Shown: positions 32,384-42,715, numbered from the stretch's first letter. The stretch is DNA of 64,000 bases from an uncultured Acidobacteriaceae bacterium (GCA_963770055.1 CAVYOC010000007.1:66598-130597); one strand, 5' to 3'. Notes: generated by a model not told the origin, from the sequence alone. Numbers and translations: made by a program.

Positions 32384-35300
32384 CTAAAACGTGAACTTGG
32401 CGCTCAACTCGAGAAGGCGTGATCCATACTTGATATTGGCGATCCCGAAATTCTGGTGCGTTAGGTTATTGACTGTCAGGGGTTTTCCTACAGTTGCGCC
32501 CTGAAATGAAAGCTGCAGGTTGCTTGTGTCGTTGTTATTGAACGAAGTAACTGGATGGTTGAGGAAGTTGAACGCAGCTAAACGGAGCTGCAGGTTTTTC
32601 CCATCTTTGGCTGCAAAGTTCTTCAACACGCTCAAGTCATTGATGGGAAGTCCAGGTCCATGGATATAAGGCAACCGGTACTGTCCCTGGCCGGTGGGGT
32701 TGGGGGACAGCGCGAAGGCACCTGTGGATGGGCTACCAGGCTGCGGCAATCCGAAGCATGTTGGATTGATGAACTGTTTCGCTTTAAGCCCACTTGTTGG
32801 ATTGCAAACAATGGTCGGCATCAATTGATAGTCTGGTGAGCCCAGCCACACGGTTGGGTTCATGTTCGTGACGCAGAAGTGATTGCCATTCTTGTCGGCA
32901 GGGATCCCGAAGGTTTGCTCGCAAGTCAATTCCGCTGTTTGCGACTCCTGCTGTGCAGTGGAAACCTGCAATGGCTGAATCTGACCATAGCCAAAGCCGA
33001 AGTTTTCGCCCTGCAGCGAGGCAAGAGGCGCACCGCTCTGGAGACTCGAGATACCGGAGATCTGCCATCCATTAATCGTCTGCCCAAGAAGACGACTGTC
33101 GCCGTGATAGCGCTTGCCAAAGTCGATCAGATAATGAATGTTGAAGACGTGAGTGCGGTCAAACGGCACAGGGTTGTATTCGTTCCGCAGGTTGAGCGGG
33201 TCCGGAATCACATTATTGTAGGAAGCAGCGGTAGCAAGATTCTTCGAAAACGTGTAATTCGTTCCGAACTGAATGTGGCCGCTTGATTTGTTCCAACTCA
33301 CCTGGAGGCTGTTGTAGTTCGAGTAGTAGTTGTGCTTTAAAGCGTAGACATGCTGGTAGAAGGGATAGGGACGGAAGAAATCATTCTGGGCGGTGGTCAG
33401 ACTCGCGAGGGAATCAGGTTGAGGCGGAACTGCTGAAGGCCCAGTCGTAAGATTTTGGAGGTTGCCCGCAGGGTTATTGAAGAAGAAGCCCGCCGGAATC
33501 AGGTTAATGTCCGACGCCCCGTTGTAGCCGCTCGCCTGATTGTTGTACGTGCTCAGGTTCTGGCTCATGCTTCCGACGTATGCCACCTCCACGAGCGAGT
33601 TCCACTTTAATCGCTGGGAAATTGCCCCATTGTAGGTGTAATAGACGGGCCGCACGTTGTCGTTTGGTGTGATGGTGTAGACATTGAAGTCGGAAGGGTT
33701 GACCGGTGACTGCCTGTCGATGGCGTCGAAGCTCTCCTGCCCCTGCTGGAAAGTTGTCTTATAGCCCTGGGCTGTCGCAGCTGCGAGAGCGTAGGGCTTG
33801 AACTCCTCTTCGTGACGATAGACGCCCCACCCGCCGCGAAGTACTGTGTTGCCTTTACCGAGGATGTCCCATGCCATGCCGACACGAGGCGAGGCGTAGA
33901 TAGTTGGAGGATTATTGACCGAGTTCGCAACCGAACTATCGATCCCATGCCAGGTGATCCCTGGATCGTTCAGACTTCCGCAGACACGGCCATTGCACTG
34001 ATTGCCGTAGAGACTCGGAGAGAAGACCGCAAGACCGTTGTTATGACGGTCGACCCAGGGACCGAGGTGCTCGATACGAACTCCAAGCTCCAAAGTGAGG
34101 CGACGCTGAATCTTCCATGTGTCGTTTACGAATCCGGCCAATGTCGTGTATTGCATGTTGACGATGGGCGAGAAATTCGTCTGCTGAAAAGTATCCGCAT
34201 AGCCCAGATACATCAGCGCGTTGGGATTGATGCAGGCGCCGAGATACGCTGCGCCCGAGTTGCGGCTATTCCCTGCCGGGTTCGGATTCTCGCAACCCGT
34301 AAACTGAGCAGCCTGGCCCACCGCGGAGTTGTAGTCGTAATAGTTGTTTTGTGGATTGAAGGTGTACGCCCCTTGTGGATAGGAGCCCGGATCAGCAAGT
34401 CCGTTGAAGATACCCTTTTCGTAATAAACTCCGAACTTGAAGGCGTGCTTCCCTTTTCCCCAGCTGACAGCATCCTGAAAGTCAGGAACTTCCTTCTTGA
34501 TGTGTACCTGGTTGTTGTAGAACCCGCCAGGCATCAAAAGATTCGGATATCCAAGCTGGCTGTAGTCCAATAGAGCCGGCACTGAATAGTCGCCCGCGTT
34601 CTTGAATTCGCCGAGATAGTTGAAGTTTCCGTGACCGGCGGAGCCGCATCCTCCCGTGGCACGCAGGCTCGGATCGTTGCAATTGTACCCATTCATACTG
34701 AATCGGCCGACCGCGGCAGGATTGCCTTCGTTGCCTGGATCGCTGATCAGGGAAAAGGCTGCATTTGCCTCGTTGATGAGGCTCGAACTAAAGATATGAG
34801 TGTAGGTGAGCGAAAAGATGTTAGAGATGTCGCCGCTCGTCACCTGACCGGGAAAGAGTACAGAATTCGGTGGCGCGTAACCGAATGCGACCGGATTCTG
34901 AGTTACCTGCCTCTGGAGACCATAGGTTGCGGAGAGCCTGTTGTTATCGTTGATCGTGAAATCAACACGAACGTGAAACATCGAGCCGTTCTGCTGCTGT
35001 AAGACCGTTTGGATGTAGTTGTAACCGCTGGAGTTGTTGAACGGGTCTGCGTTAGGCAGCGGCAACCAGTTCAGCAGGGCGATTCCGCTACCGTTGCCTT
35101 GCCCAACCAGATTTCCGTTCGCGACCGTGTTTCCGTTCGGCAGGAAGTTCTCTGCATTACACATCGGCAGGATGGCATTGGGATTGACGGCACCATCGGG
35201 GCGCGCACCGCACAGTTGGGCATTCAGTGAGGCTACGCTGAAGTCGCCGGCACGCTGCGCCATCGTAGGAACCCAGGCGCCCAGCGTCTCGGGCGAGAAG

Positions 35301-36316
35301 AGCTGATTAATATACTCGTAGCCAGCGAAGAAGAAGAGCCTGGTATTGTCGCGGGTAAACCTGGTGTGAGGGATCCAGAGCGGCCCGCTGAATGTTCCGC
35401 CTGGATAGAAATAGCGCCCCTCTGGCCGCGATTGTCCAAGGGAGTTGTTATACCAGTCATTGGCATTAAGAATGGTGTCGCGAGCGTAGAGATACGCCGA
35501 GCCATGGTAATTGATCCCACCGGATTTCGTGACCGCGTTGATCACGGTGGGACCATGCGCAAATTCTGCGCTGAAGTTGGAGGAGGAGACTTTCATCTCC
35601 GTGACCATCTCGGCGTTCACTGTCTGAGTTGTTCCGGCGTTGCTGGCAATGTCTGTCAGAGAGACGCCGTCCAGGATGGTGGCGATTCCTGTCACGCCGG
35701 TGCCGTTGGACGAATAGCTGCCTGTGGTAGAGCTACTCACGCCAACGACCGCATTGTTTGGAGCCTGGTTGTTCAGGCCTGGGCTGGCAAGCGCAAAACC
35801 CGGCAGCATGCGGATGAGTTCGGTCGCATCTCGGCCTTCAATCGCGAGCGTCTCAAGGTCCTTCGCGGTAATGACATCGCTGCGCTCGGGGGTGTCCAGA
35901 GGCTTCACAGCCTGGCTGACCGTCGATTCCACTGTCACTTGTTCGGCGGTGGTGCCTACGACCAATTTAATGTCGGTGAAGTTAACCCGGTCCCCGGGAC
36001 GCAACGGAAATGGCTGTGATTGCCAGCTTTTGAAGCCATCCATGGAAATGGTGACCTGATACTGGAGTCCGGAGGGTACCGATGCGATGGTGAAATTTCC
36101 CGAGCCATTGGTTGTCGCATTGCGCTCAGATTTGTTCTCCAGATTGGTTAGGACCACGGTCGCACGCGGAATCAGAGCATCGGTGGAATCCTTGACCACC
36201 CCGGCAACGGTCGCCGTAGTCACCTGAGCTTGAGCGGGCGGTTGCCACAGCAGGAGCCCAGACATGAGAAGCCCAACCAATGCGGCTACCTGCCTGATCT
36301 TAGGAAATAACGTCAT
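32384..36316 (-). CDS. TonB-dependent receptor (Oar-like)
   Basis: Signal peptide, GVVKDSTDALIPRA, VTKSGG..YHGS, NDTWKIQRRLTLELGVR, SPRVGMAWD, terminal KFTF; AGGAGG RBS before ATG 36316. Confidence 0.93.
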   Translation of the reverse strand: MTLFPKIRQVAALVGLLMSGLLLWQPPAQAQVTTATVAGVVKDSTDALIPRATVVLTNLENKSERNATTNGSGNFTIASVPSGLQYQVTISMDGFKSWQSQPFPLRPGDRVNFTDIKLVVGTTAEQVTVESTVSQAVKPLDTPERSDVITAKDLETLAIEGRDATELIRMLPGFALASPGLNNQAPNNAVVGVSSSTTGSYSSNGTGVTGIATILDGVSLTDIASNAGTTQTVNAEMVTEMKVSSSNFSAEFAHGPTVINAVTKSGGINYHGSAYLYARDTILNANDWYNNSLGQSRPEGRYFYPGGTFSGPLWIPHTRFTRDNTRLFFFAGYEYINQLFSPETLGAWVPTMAQRAGDFSVASLNAQLCGARPDGAVNPNAILPMCNAENFLPNGNTVANGNLVGQGNGSGIALLNWLPLPNADPFNNSSGYNYIQTVLQQQNGSMFHVRVDFTINDNNRLSATYGLQRQVTQNPVAFGYAPPNSVLFPGQVTSGDISNIFSLTYTHIFSSSLINEANAAFSLISDPGNEGNPAAVGRFSMNGYNCNDPSLRATGGCGSAGHGNFNYLGEFKNAGDYSVPALLDYSQLGYPNLLMPGGFYNNQVHIKKEVPDFQDAVSWGKGKHAFKFGVYYEKGIFNGLADPGSYPQGAYTFNPQNNYYDYNSAVGQAAQFTGCENPNPAGNSRNSGAAYLGACINPNALMYLGYADTFQQTNFSPIVNMQYTTLAGFVNDTWKIQRRLTLELGVRIEHLGPWVDRHNNGLAVFSPSLYGNQCNGRVCGSLNDPGITWHGIDSSVANSVNNPPTIYASPRVGMAWDILGKGNTVLRGGWGVYRHEEEFKPYALAAATAQGYKTTFQQGQESFDAIDRQSPVNPSDFNVYTITPNDNVRPVYYTYNGAISQRLKWNSLVEVAYVGSMSQNLSTYNNQASGYNGASDINLIPAGFFFNNPAGNLQNLTTGPSAVPPQPDSLASLTTAQNDFFRPYPFYQHVYALKHNYYSNYNSLQVSWNKSSGHIQFGTNYTFSKNLATAASYNNVIPDPLNLRNEYNPVPFDRTHVFNIHYLIDFGKRYHGDSRLLGQTINGWQISGISSLQSGAPLASLQGENFGFGYGQIQPLQVSTAQQESQTAELTCEQTFGIPADKNGNHFCVTNMNPTVWLGSPDYQLMPTIVCNPTSGLKAKQFINPTCFGLPQPGSPSTGAFALSPNPTGQGQYRLPYIHGPGLPINDLSVLKNFAAKDGKNLQLRLAAFNFLNHPVTSFNNNDTSNLQLSFQGATVGKPLTVNNLTHQNFGIANIKYGSRLLELSAKFTF

Positions 36317-36360
36317 CGTAACAACCTCCTGGCTACCTTCCATTACTTCGGAACTGCTCT

Positions 36361-36495
36361 TGATAACGATCACAAAAGCGCACAGACCTATACCCGCGGG
36401 GATCGTTTCTTCATGGATTTTGAATGCGATGAGAAGTATGAGGGCCAAAACACAAACTCGTCAAGTAAGAAATTTAGCCCTTGTTATGGATAACA
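36361..36495 (-). promoter_or_regulatory. Promoter of locus 2 bracketed by two LacI-type operators
   Basis: TGATAACGATCACA (36361-36374) and TGTTATGGATAACA (36482-36495) flank a minus-strand TTGACG-N18-CATACT. Confidence 0.65.
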
Positions 36496-36802
36496 ATTGA
36501 CGAAGGAGTAACCCCTGATGCCAGGCATTCGGGCAGGAACTTAAAACACTTTTTAGGGTTTCACATTTAAACTCGGCGCCACAGGCTTCCTTCATGGTCA
36601 GAGGGCGACAAGACAAAAAGCCGGCGATCTATTCATTGTCGGAGGGAGCGAGCCGTCAGGTGAAGGTTGCGCTGGAAGCAGTGCCGAGGTAGATTGCGTC
36701 GCCGATCATGGTGGCGGGAGCGACCTGCGCTTATTGGGCCCTTATGGCCCCACAGTTGGGCCCGCTAGGCTCATCCATACTATATAAGTGCCTGAAAGGA
36801 AA

Positions 36803-36879
36803 TGGTCGGGACGACTAGATTCGAACTAGCGACCTCACCCACCCCAAGGGTGCGCTCTACCAGGCTGAGCCACGTCCCG
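36803..36879 (-). tRNA. tRNA-Pro (GGG)
   Basis: CGGGACGTGGCTCAGCCTGGTAGAGCGCACCC-TTGGGGT-GGGTGAGGTCGCTAGTTCGAATCTAGTCGTCCCGACCA; 77 nt, CCA encoded. Confidence 0.97.
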
Positions 36880-36968
36880 ACTCTTTGTTAGCACGTCAAC
36901 CAGGCGGCGGACGGCGGGGTATTTTGCAGATTTAAGTGTACACGAACCGCGCGATTCGCGGCCCATTC

Positions 36969-37241
36969 CTACTTCGTCGGGGCCACGTATTCCTTGGGCA
37001 ACTGTCCGCCTTCGCCGAAGAAAAACTCGTTCATTTGTTCCACCAGGAACTCCTGTGCCTCGCGCGTCCAGGGCTGCAGACGGTACTCATTCAACAGCAT
37101 TTTTTGCCGTTCCACCCACTCGCCCCACGACTTCTTCGAAACATTCTTATAAATCTTCTGCCCAAAGTCCGAGTCAAACGGAGGCTCGTCCAGCCCTTCC
37201 ATCTCAGCCTTGAATCTCGTATCGAATACCATATGTGCCAT
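36969..37241 (-). CDS. yggX: Fe(II)-trafficking/oxidative damage protection protein
   Basis: EGLDEPPF...GQKIYKNVSKKSWGEW...QKMLLNEYRL...QMNEFFFG pattern. Confidence 0.88.
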   Translation of the reverse strand: MAHMVFDTRFKAEMEGLDEPPFDSDFGQKIYKNVSKKSWGEWVERQKMLLNEYRLQPWTREAQEFLVEQMNEFFFGEGGQLPKEYVAPTK

Positions 37242-37309
37242 TTCCGCGGGAGCTCCTTGTTGAACCTCTATTTTACGATGCTTCTCGAAATCTCGTGCAT
37301 CGAATCTCT

Positions 37310-37783
37310 ATGACGATTGCTTACGACATCGCGACCGCAGCCATAGCAGCCACCATGGTGGGTAACGAGTTTGCCGTTGCAGCCTTTATCCATCCGCAGC
37401 TTCAGAAGCTCGCCGACGGGCCTCACGCGCAGGCCGCTGCACCTTTGGCCAGTTCTTTAGGCAAATGGATGCCGTTCTGGTATGGCGCAGCTCTTGCGCT
37501 CATCCTCGGAGCAGCCTACCAGCACCGCACCGAACCCCACAGTCTCGGCCTGATTCTCGCCTCCGCGGTCCTCTGGATAATCACCATCGTCTTTAGCATC
37601 ACCATGCTTGTGCCTATCAATAACCGCATTGCAAAGATGGATACACAACAGCCTTACGACTGTTGGCGGCAGGACCGAATCCGCTGGGATCAACTCCATA
37701 AGATCAGAGTGGAAGTATTGATCGCCGCTCTCGTCCTTCTCCTCGCGGGCCTCTTCCTCGGCAACTCCACTGCGACAATTTAA
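37310..37783 (+). CDS. DUF1772/anthrone oxygenase-like membrane protein
   Basis: Four hydrophobic helices, MPFWY, VPINNRIA, RWDQLHKIR. Confidence 0.75.
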   Translation: MTIAYDIATAAIAATMVGNEFAVAAFIHPQLQKLADGPHAQAAAPLASSLGKWMPFWYGAALALILGAAYQHRTEPHSLGLILASAVLWIITIVFSITMLVPINNRIAKMDTQQPYDCWRQDRIRWDQLHKIRVEVLIAALVLLLAGLFLGNSTATI

Positions 37784-40479
37784 GGCCGCTTACCCTTAGG
37801 CTTCTTATTCCGCTCTTTCGCGCGAGACTTCGTTTTTCCTTTCTTGCCGGAACGATTCGGACTCGAATGGGTGCGTACTGCGCTGTCGCCAGCCGAAGCT
37901 CCTTTTGACCTGCGCAACGATCGCGATGCCGGTTCTTCCTCTTCACCCGGCAGCACAGCAAACTGCAGCCTCTTCTGCTGCCGATCGATCCTGTCCAGCA
38001 ATACATGCACGGGCTGACCGATCTTGAACACACGCCCACTTCGCGCCCCAACGATCTGCCGGTCTGTATCGCGAAAGAAATACCGATCATCCTGCAACGA
38101 ACTCAGTGGCACCAATCCTTCGATGAACAGATCGTTCAACTCAACGAAGAACCCATATTTCGTGCACGAAAGAACGATGCCGTGGAAGTCTTCGCCCACG
38201 CGGTCCTGCATGAACTTGATCTTCTTCCACTCGATCAGCTCTCGCTCCGCATCATCGGCACGGCGTTCCGACTGGCTGGACTCCGTCGCAATCGCGTTGA
38301 GCTCAGCCTCCGGAATTGGCCCTTCCTGAGCTGGCCGTTCGTGCCTCTCCGAGCGCCCTTTGCCAAAAGACTTCTCCTGCCATGGCTGAGGTGCGCTCGA
38401 CAGAATCGCACCTCCGCGCGGATCCGCACCACTCTGAAGCAGCTCCCGCAGCAGCCGATGCACAATCAGATCCGGATAGCGCCGGATCGGCGAAGTGAAA
38501 TGCGTATAACTCGGCGACGCAAGCGCAAAGTGCCCAACATTCTGTTCGCTGTACCGCGCCTGCTTGAGCGAACGCAGCATCAGGAAGGAAAGAATCCGCT
38601 CCTCCGGCTTGCCTGCGATCTTCGCTGTTAGCCGCTGATACATCTGCGGCGTCACCGGAATTGCTTCCGCAACCTCATGCACCTTCGCCTGGCGAGTCGT
38701 TCCACGCGCATCGCGCCGATCGCCCTTCGTCTGAATCCGCTTCACCGGCAGGCTGCTAAAGCCGAGCGAATATCCAAATTGGCTCGCGGTCTCTTCGAAG
38801 TCAACGATGCGCTTAGGATCAGGAATCTCGTGAATGCGATAGATGCTCGGAATTCCTTGCGATTCGATCCAAGTCGCAACGCACTCATTCGCGCTCAGCA
38901 TGAACTCCTCGATCAGCCGGTGCGACCATCCGCGCTGTGATCGCACGATGGCTTCCATATTTCCATCCGGGTCAAATTGAATCACCGGCTCCGGAAGATC
39001 GAAATCGATTGACCCGCGCCGCTTCCGCTTCGCGTTCAGCTTCAGCGCAAGCTCGTGCATCCTCTCGAACTCCGGCACCAGCTCCAGGAATTCTTCACGC
39101 GTTGCAGGATCACCATCGAGCACCGCCTGAACCTGCGTGTACGTCATCCGCTGTGCACTGCGAATGATTCCCTCGCACACTTCGTAGCCCAGAACCTCGC
39201 CGTGCGCATCAATCTCCATGACACAACTCTGCACGAGGCGGTCCTCACCTGGACGCAGACTGCACATCCCGCTCGAAAGCTGCGGGGGCAGCATCGGAAT
39301 CGCACGATCAGGAAAATAGACTGACGTCCCGCGCAGCCGCGCCTCTAGATCGAGCGACGTTCCCGGCCGCACATAGTGGCTGACGTCGGCAATGTGGACC
39401 TGCAGCTCCCAGTTCCCGTTCGCAAGGGGCCGCACCAGCACGGCATCGTCAAAGTCTCTTGCAGTCTCGCCATCGATTGTCACTATCGGTAAGCCGCGAA
39501 AGTCCCGTCGCCTTCCCGACTCACGCACGCTCAACGTATCAACTGTCTGGTTCGCAGATTCCGTCGCCTCCGCCAGCACATTTGCCGGAAACACGTGTGG
39601 CAGATGATGCTTGCGGATAACGATCTCCACATCCACACCAAAAGCATCCGGCGGCCCCAGCACTTCGATCACTCTTCCTCGCGCTGGCCTTCCCGGTGTC
39701 GGAAAGTCCGTGACCTCCACATCCACCGCCAACCCTTCGAGCGGCTGATGCGGATCAAGCTCGTCCGACCAGTGTGCAGTCTGCGCCTGAGCCTCCTCAC
39801 CCAGCACGCGATGCGGCGTCTCCTTTGGTATCGAAGCAATCTCTCCACCTTCAGGAATCAGAATCGCTTGCGTCATGCGCTCATCGAGCGGCGTAATGTA
39901 ATTCCCGCGAATCAGAGATGCATCGTCCCACGCACTCCGCCGTTGTGTCCGCGCGTAATGAAAGATCCCCACCACAGTGGGATTTCTTCGCGTAAGCACG
40001 CGCGCAATTCGCCCCGAGCGACGCCCGTCTCTCCCCGGCGGAGCCTCATCCACCAGAACCTCATCGCCCTGCATAGCCCCGTTCAGCTCATTCGGCGGAA
40101 TAAAGAGATCGTCGTCGCGATTCGTGCTTCCATTCGGCCGCACAAATCCATATCCGTCGCGATGCAGATCCAGCCGTCCCGCCACCAGCCTGTCGCGCGT
40201 CGCCCGGTGCTCTCCGCGAGCACCCGCTTCGTCCGGCTTCACCCGCTTGGTCTTCTCCGGTGCAGCCGACGGGAGCGCCCATTGCTCCGCCTCTGTCTTC
40301 ACCAGCTCACCGCGAGCCGTCATCCGTGCAAGCTGCTCCAGCAACAGTCGCCGCTCGCGCCCGCCGCCCAGCCCAAGTTCGCGAATCAGTTGTTTGTACC
40401 CGGCCCGGTGCCCAGCCGAGCGCTCAACCAATCTCAGCAGCTCACGATCACTTCGCGCATAAGAACTTCGTGCCATCAT
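37780..40479 (-). CDS. rnr: Ribonuclease R
   Basis: HRDGYGFV cold-shock domain, TIDGETARDFDDA, VHIADVSHYV, LIEEFML, YTHFTSPIRRYPDL, S1 domain, basic tail. Confidence 0.95.
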   Translation of the reverse strand: MMARSSYARSDRELLRLVERSAGHRAGYKQLIRELGLGGGRERRLLLEQLARMTARGELVKTEAEQWALPSAAPEKTKRVKPDEAGARGEHRATRDRLVAGRLDLHRDGYGFVRPNGSTNRDDDLFIPPNELNGAMQGDEVLVDEAPPGRDGRRSGRIARVLTRRNPTVVGIFHYARTQRRSAWDDASLIRGNYITPLDERMTQAILIPEGGEIASIPKETPHRVLGEEAQAQTAHWSDELDPHQPLEGLAVDVEVTDFPTPGRPARGRVIEVLGPPDAFGVDVEIVIRKHHLPHVFPANVLAEATESANQTVDTLSVRESGRRRDFRGLPIVTIDGETARDFDDAVLVRPLANGNWELQVHIADVSHYVRPGTSLDLEARLRGTSVYFPDRAIPMLPPQLSSGMCSLRPGEDRLVQSCVMEIDAHGEVLGYEVCEGIIRSAQRMTYTQVQAVLDGDPATREEFLELVPEFERMHELALKLNAKRKRRGSIDFDLPEPVIQFDPDGNMEAIVRSQRGWSHRLIEEFMLSANECVATWIESQGIPSIYRIHEIPDPKRIVDFEETASQFGYSLGFSSLPVKRIQTKGDRRDARGTTRQAKVHEVAEAIPVTPQMYQRLTAKIAGKPEERILSFLMLRSLKQARYSEQNVGHFALASPSYTHFTSPIRRYPDLIVHRLLRELLQSGADPRGGAILSSAPQPWQEKSFGKGRSERHERPAQEGPIPEAELNAIATESSQSERRADDAERELIEWKKIKFMQDRVGEDFHGIVLSCTKYGFFVELNDLFIEGLVPLSSLQDDRYFFRDTDRQIVGARSGRVFKIGQPVHVLLDRIDRQQKRLQFAVLPGEEEEPASRSLRRSKGASAGDSAVRTHSSPNRSGKKGKTKSRAKERNKKPKGKRP

Positions 40480-40493
40480 CCGAGCATACAGCC

Positions 40494-41357
40494 CTACTTC
40501 ACCGACGCGTTCGCTGTTCCGTTCGTTCCGTTCGCCGCTCCATTCCCCGGTTTTGTCATTACCGCCGCCTGCTCCAGCGTCGTTCCTGCCGGCACCTGCG
40601 TAAACTCCGTCTGCACCTCGTCCTGCTGCTGCCCGATGTTCTTAAAGAACAGCACTTTGCCCTCGATGTGCACATGCGTCTCCGTGATCTGCCAAAGACC
40701 AGGAGACACCTCGCGGCGTTCCACCCGGAACGTTCCACCTTCGCGCAGCCGCCCCAGCAAACCCCACCCGATCGTCACATCCTCCGTCAGCTTCCCACTC
40801 ATCGTCACGATCCGGTGCTGCTTCTTGTCCACCACCAGCTTCCCCGCCATTGTCCCCAGCACACGCGACTGAATATCCGGCGGACTAAAGTCGGCGTTCG
40901 GCTGAAAGTGAAGCGTCACGGTCTGTGCATCCTCGCTCTCAATCGTCCACTTGAACGCATCCGGCAGCATCACCATCAGCTCCCGGGCATTCTTGTCGTC
41001 CTGCATCCCATCCTTGCGTTGCTTCGCCAGCTTCTCATGGTCATGGATGAAGCTCTGGACCCGCGCATCTTCGGCCTGAGCCTCCGCATCGTCCAGCGTC
41101 TGCCCACCGCGGCTGATCAGCCGCCTTACCGCACCATGCTCCGTCTGAACTACGACAAACACGCTGTTATTCGCATCCTTATGCAGGTCGCGATACCGCC
41201 ACCGCGTATGATCGCTATCGTCAGCCGCCAACTCCGCCTTCACTGCTGCCTGAACAATCGCCTTCGCATCTCCACCGCTCTCCTGCGCACGGCCCCACCC
41301 GAGCCCCACCACCAGAAATAACCCGAACGCAATCAGACGTGCAATCTTCCAAACCAT
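40494..41357 (-). CDS. Secreted hypothetical protein (beta-rich, Acidobacteria-type)
   Basis: Signal peptide, host-like codon usage, FQPNADFSPP and IGWGLLGRLREGGTF motifs; no function assigned. Confidence 0.7.
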   Translation of the reverse strand: MVWKIARLIAFGLFLVVGLGWGRAQESGGDAKAIVQAAVKAELAADDSDHTRWRYRDLHKDANNSVFVVVQTEHGAVRRLISRGGQTLDDAEAQAEDARVQSFIHDHEKLAKQRKDGMQDDKNARELMVMLPDAFKWTIESEDAQTVTLHFQPNADFSPPDIQSRVLGTMAGKLVVDKKQHRIVTMSGKLTEDVTIGWGLLGRLREGGTFRVERREVSPGLWQITETHVHIEGKVLFFKNIGQQQDEVQTEFTQVPAGTTLEQAAVMTKPGNGAANGTNGTANASVK

Positions 41358-41446
41358 AACAACCCATATCCCGTAAGATGCCGATTTTCCGATGAGAGTT
41401 AGACCCTTTTCGGATTGAGCAGAACACTTTGAAAATGCTCGCAACT

Positions 41447-42715
41447 TTAGGTAATCACTATCATTTTCGCTCTTTTGCCAACCCAATCGGGAATCTATAT
41501 CCCTCGACGCAGGACTATTACTGATACACCGCGGTCGGAATCTTGAATTTCAGCGGGAGGATCTACGCGAATCGCACCAGCTTTATCTTTTCGTTGACTG
41601 TCGCTATTTGATTCGGCAAGGCCACATGCGACTACCAACTGTTTAGAGCAACGTTGCGCCTGAATTCCGTCTTCTTCAAATCTCGGAGATAAGGATGCGA
41701 GCTGAATCGGAACCTCTTCCAGGTCAGCCGCGAAGCCGCGCTGCTGAAACATCTTCGTCCACCCTTCAGCCGCGGCATTTGCTTCGGCCTCCGAGTGGAA
41801 CCCCTTCGTGATCGTCCACGCCAGATTCTTCTTCGCCTGCATCGGGTGCAGCTTGCCCTCGCGCACCTCCTCCTGCATCGCGGCAATCTCTGACGCGCGC
41901 AGATCCGTCAGCAGTGTCCAGTACCGCCACATCAGCTCATCCGACACCGACATCAGCTTCCCATACATCTCCGCCGCCGGCTCATGCACCCCAATCGCGT
42001 TCCCCAGCGACTTCGACATCTTCTGCACGCCATCGAGCCCCTCAATGATCGGCATCATCAGCACAATCTGCTGCGGCTGCCCGAAGTGCCTCTGCAGATC
42101 GCGCCCGCGCATCAGATTAAACTTCTGATCCGTCCCGCCCAGTTCCACATCGCACTCCAGCGCCACCGAGTCATACCCCTGCGCAATCGGATAGATCAAC
42201 TCATGCAGCGCAATCGGCTGCTCCTCATTGAAGCGCTTATGAAAGTCCTCCCGCTCCAGCATCTGCGACACGGTAAATTGCGCCATCAGCTTCACCATGT
42301 CGTAGTAGCTCAGCTTATCCAGCCATTCGGAGTTGTACCTCACCTCCGTCTTCGCCGGATCGAGAATCTTGAACACCTGCGCCTTGTACGTCTCCGCGTT
42401 AGCTGCAATCTCTTCCCGCGTCAGCGGCTTCCGCGTCACATTCCGTCCCGTCGGATCGCCAATCAGCGCCGTCGAATCCCCGATCAGAAAAATAACCGTA
42501 TGCCCGAGGTCCTGAAAGTGCTTCAGCTTTCGCAGCAACACCGTATGCCCCAGATGCAGATCCGGAGCCGTAGGATCAAACCCCGCCTTGATCCGCATCG
42601 GCACACCCGAAGCAATCGACCGCGCAATGCGCTCCTTCAGAGCCTCCAGCGGAACAATCTCCGCCGTACCCTTCGTAATCAAATCAAGCTGTTCTTCCAG
42701 CGATGGAAACGACAC
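41447..42715 (-). CDS. tyrS: Tyrosine--tRNA ligase (S4-like C-terminal domain disturbed by indels)
   Basis: [13 protein letters not shown] (HIGH), [18 protein letters not shown]. Probable GTG start at 42715. The expected end [14 protein letters not shown](41447) lies in another frame. Confidence 0.95.

Noticed and set aside
36600-36730. Short minus-strand MIGDAIYLGTASSATFT segment resembling the end of an Ig-like domain
   Set aside because: Too short to support a gene or remnant call without a search.
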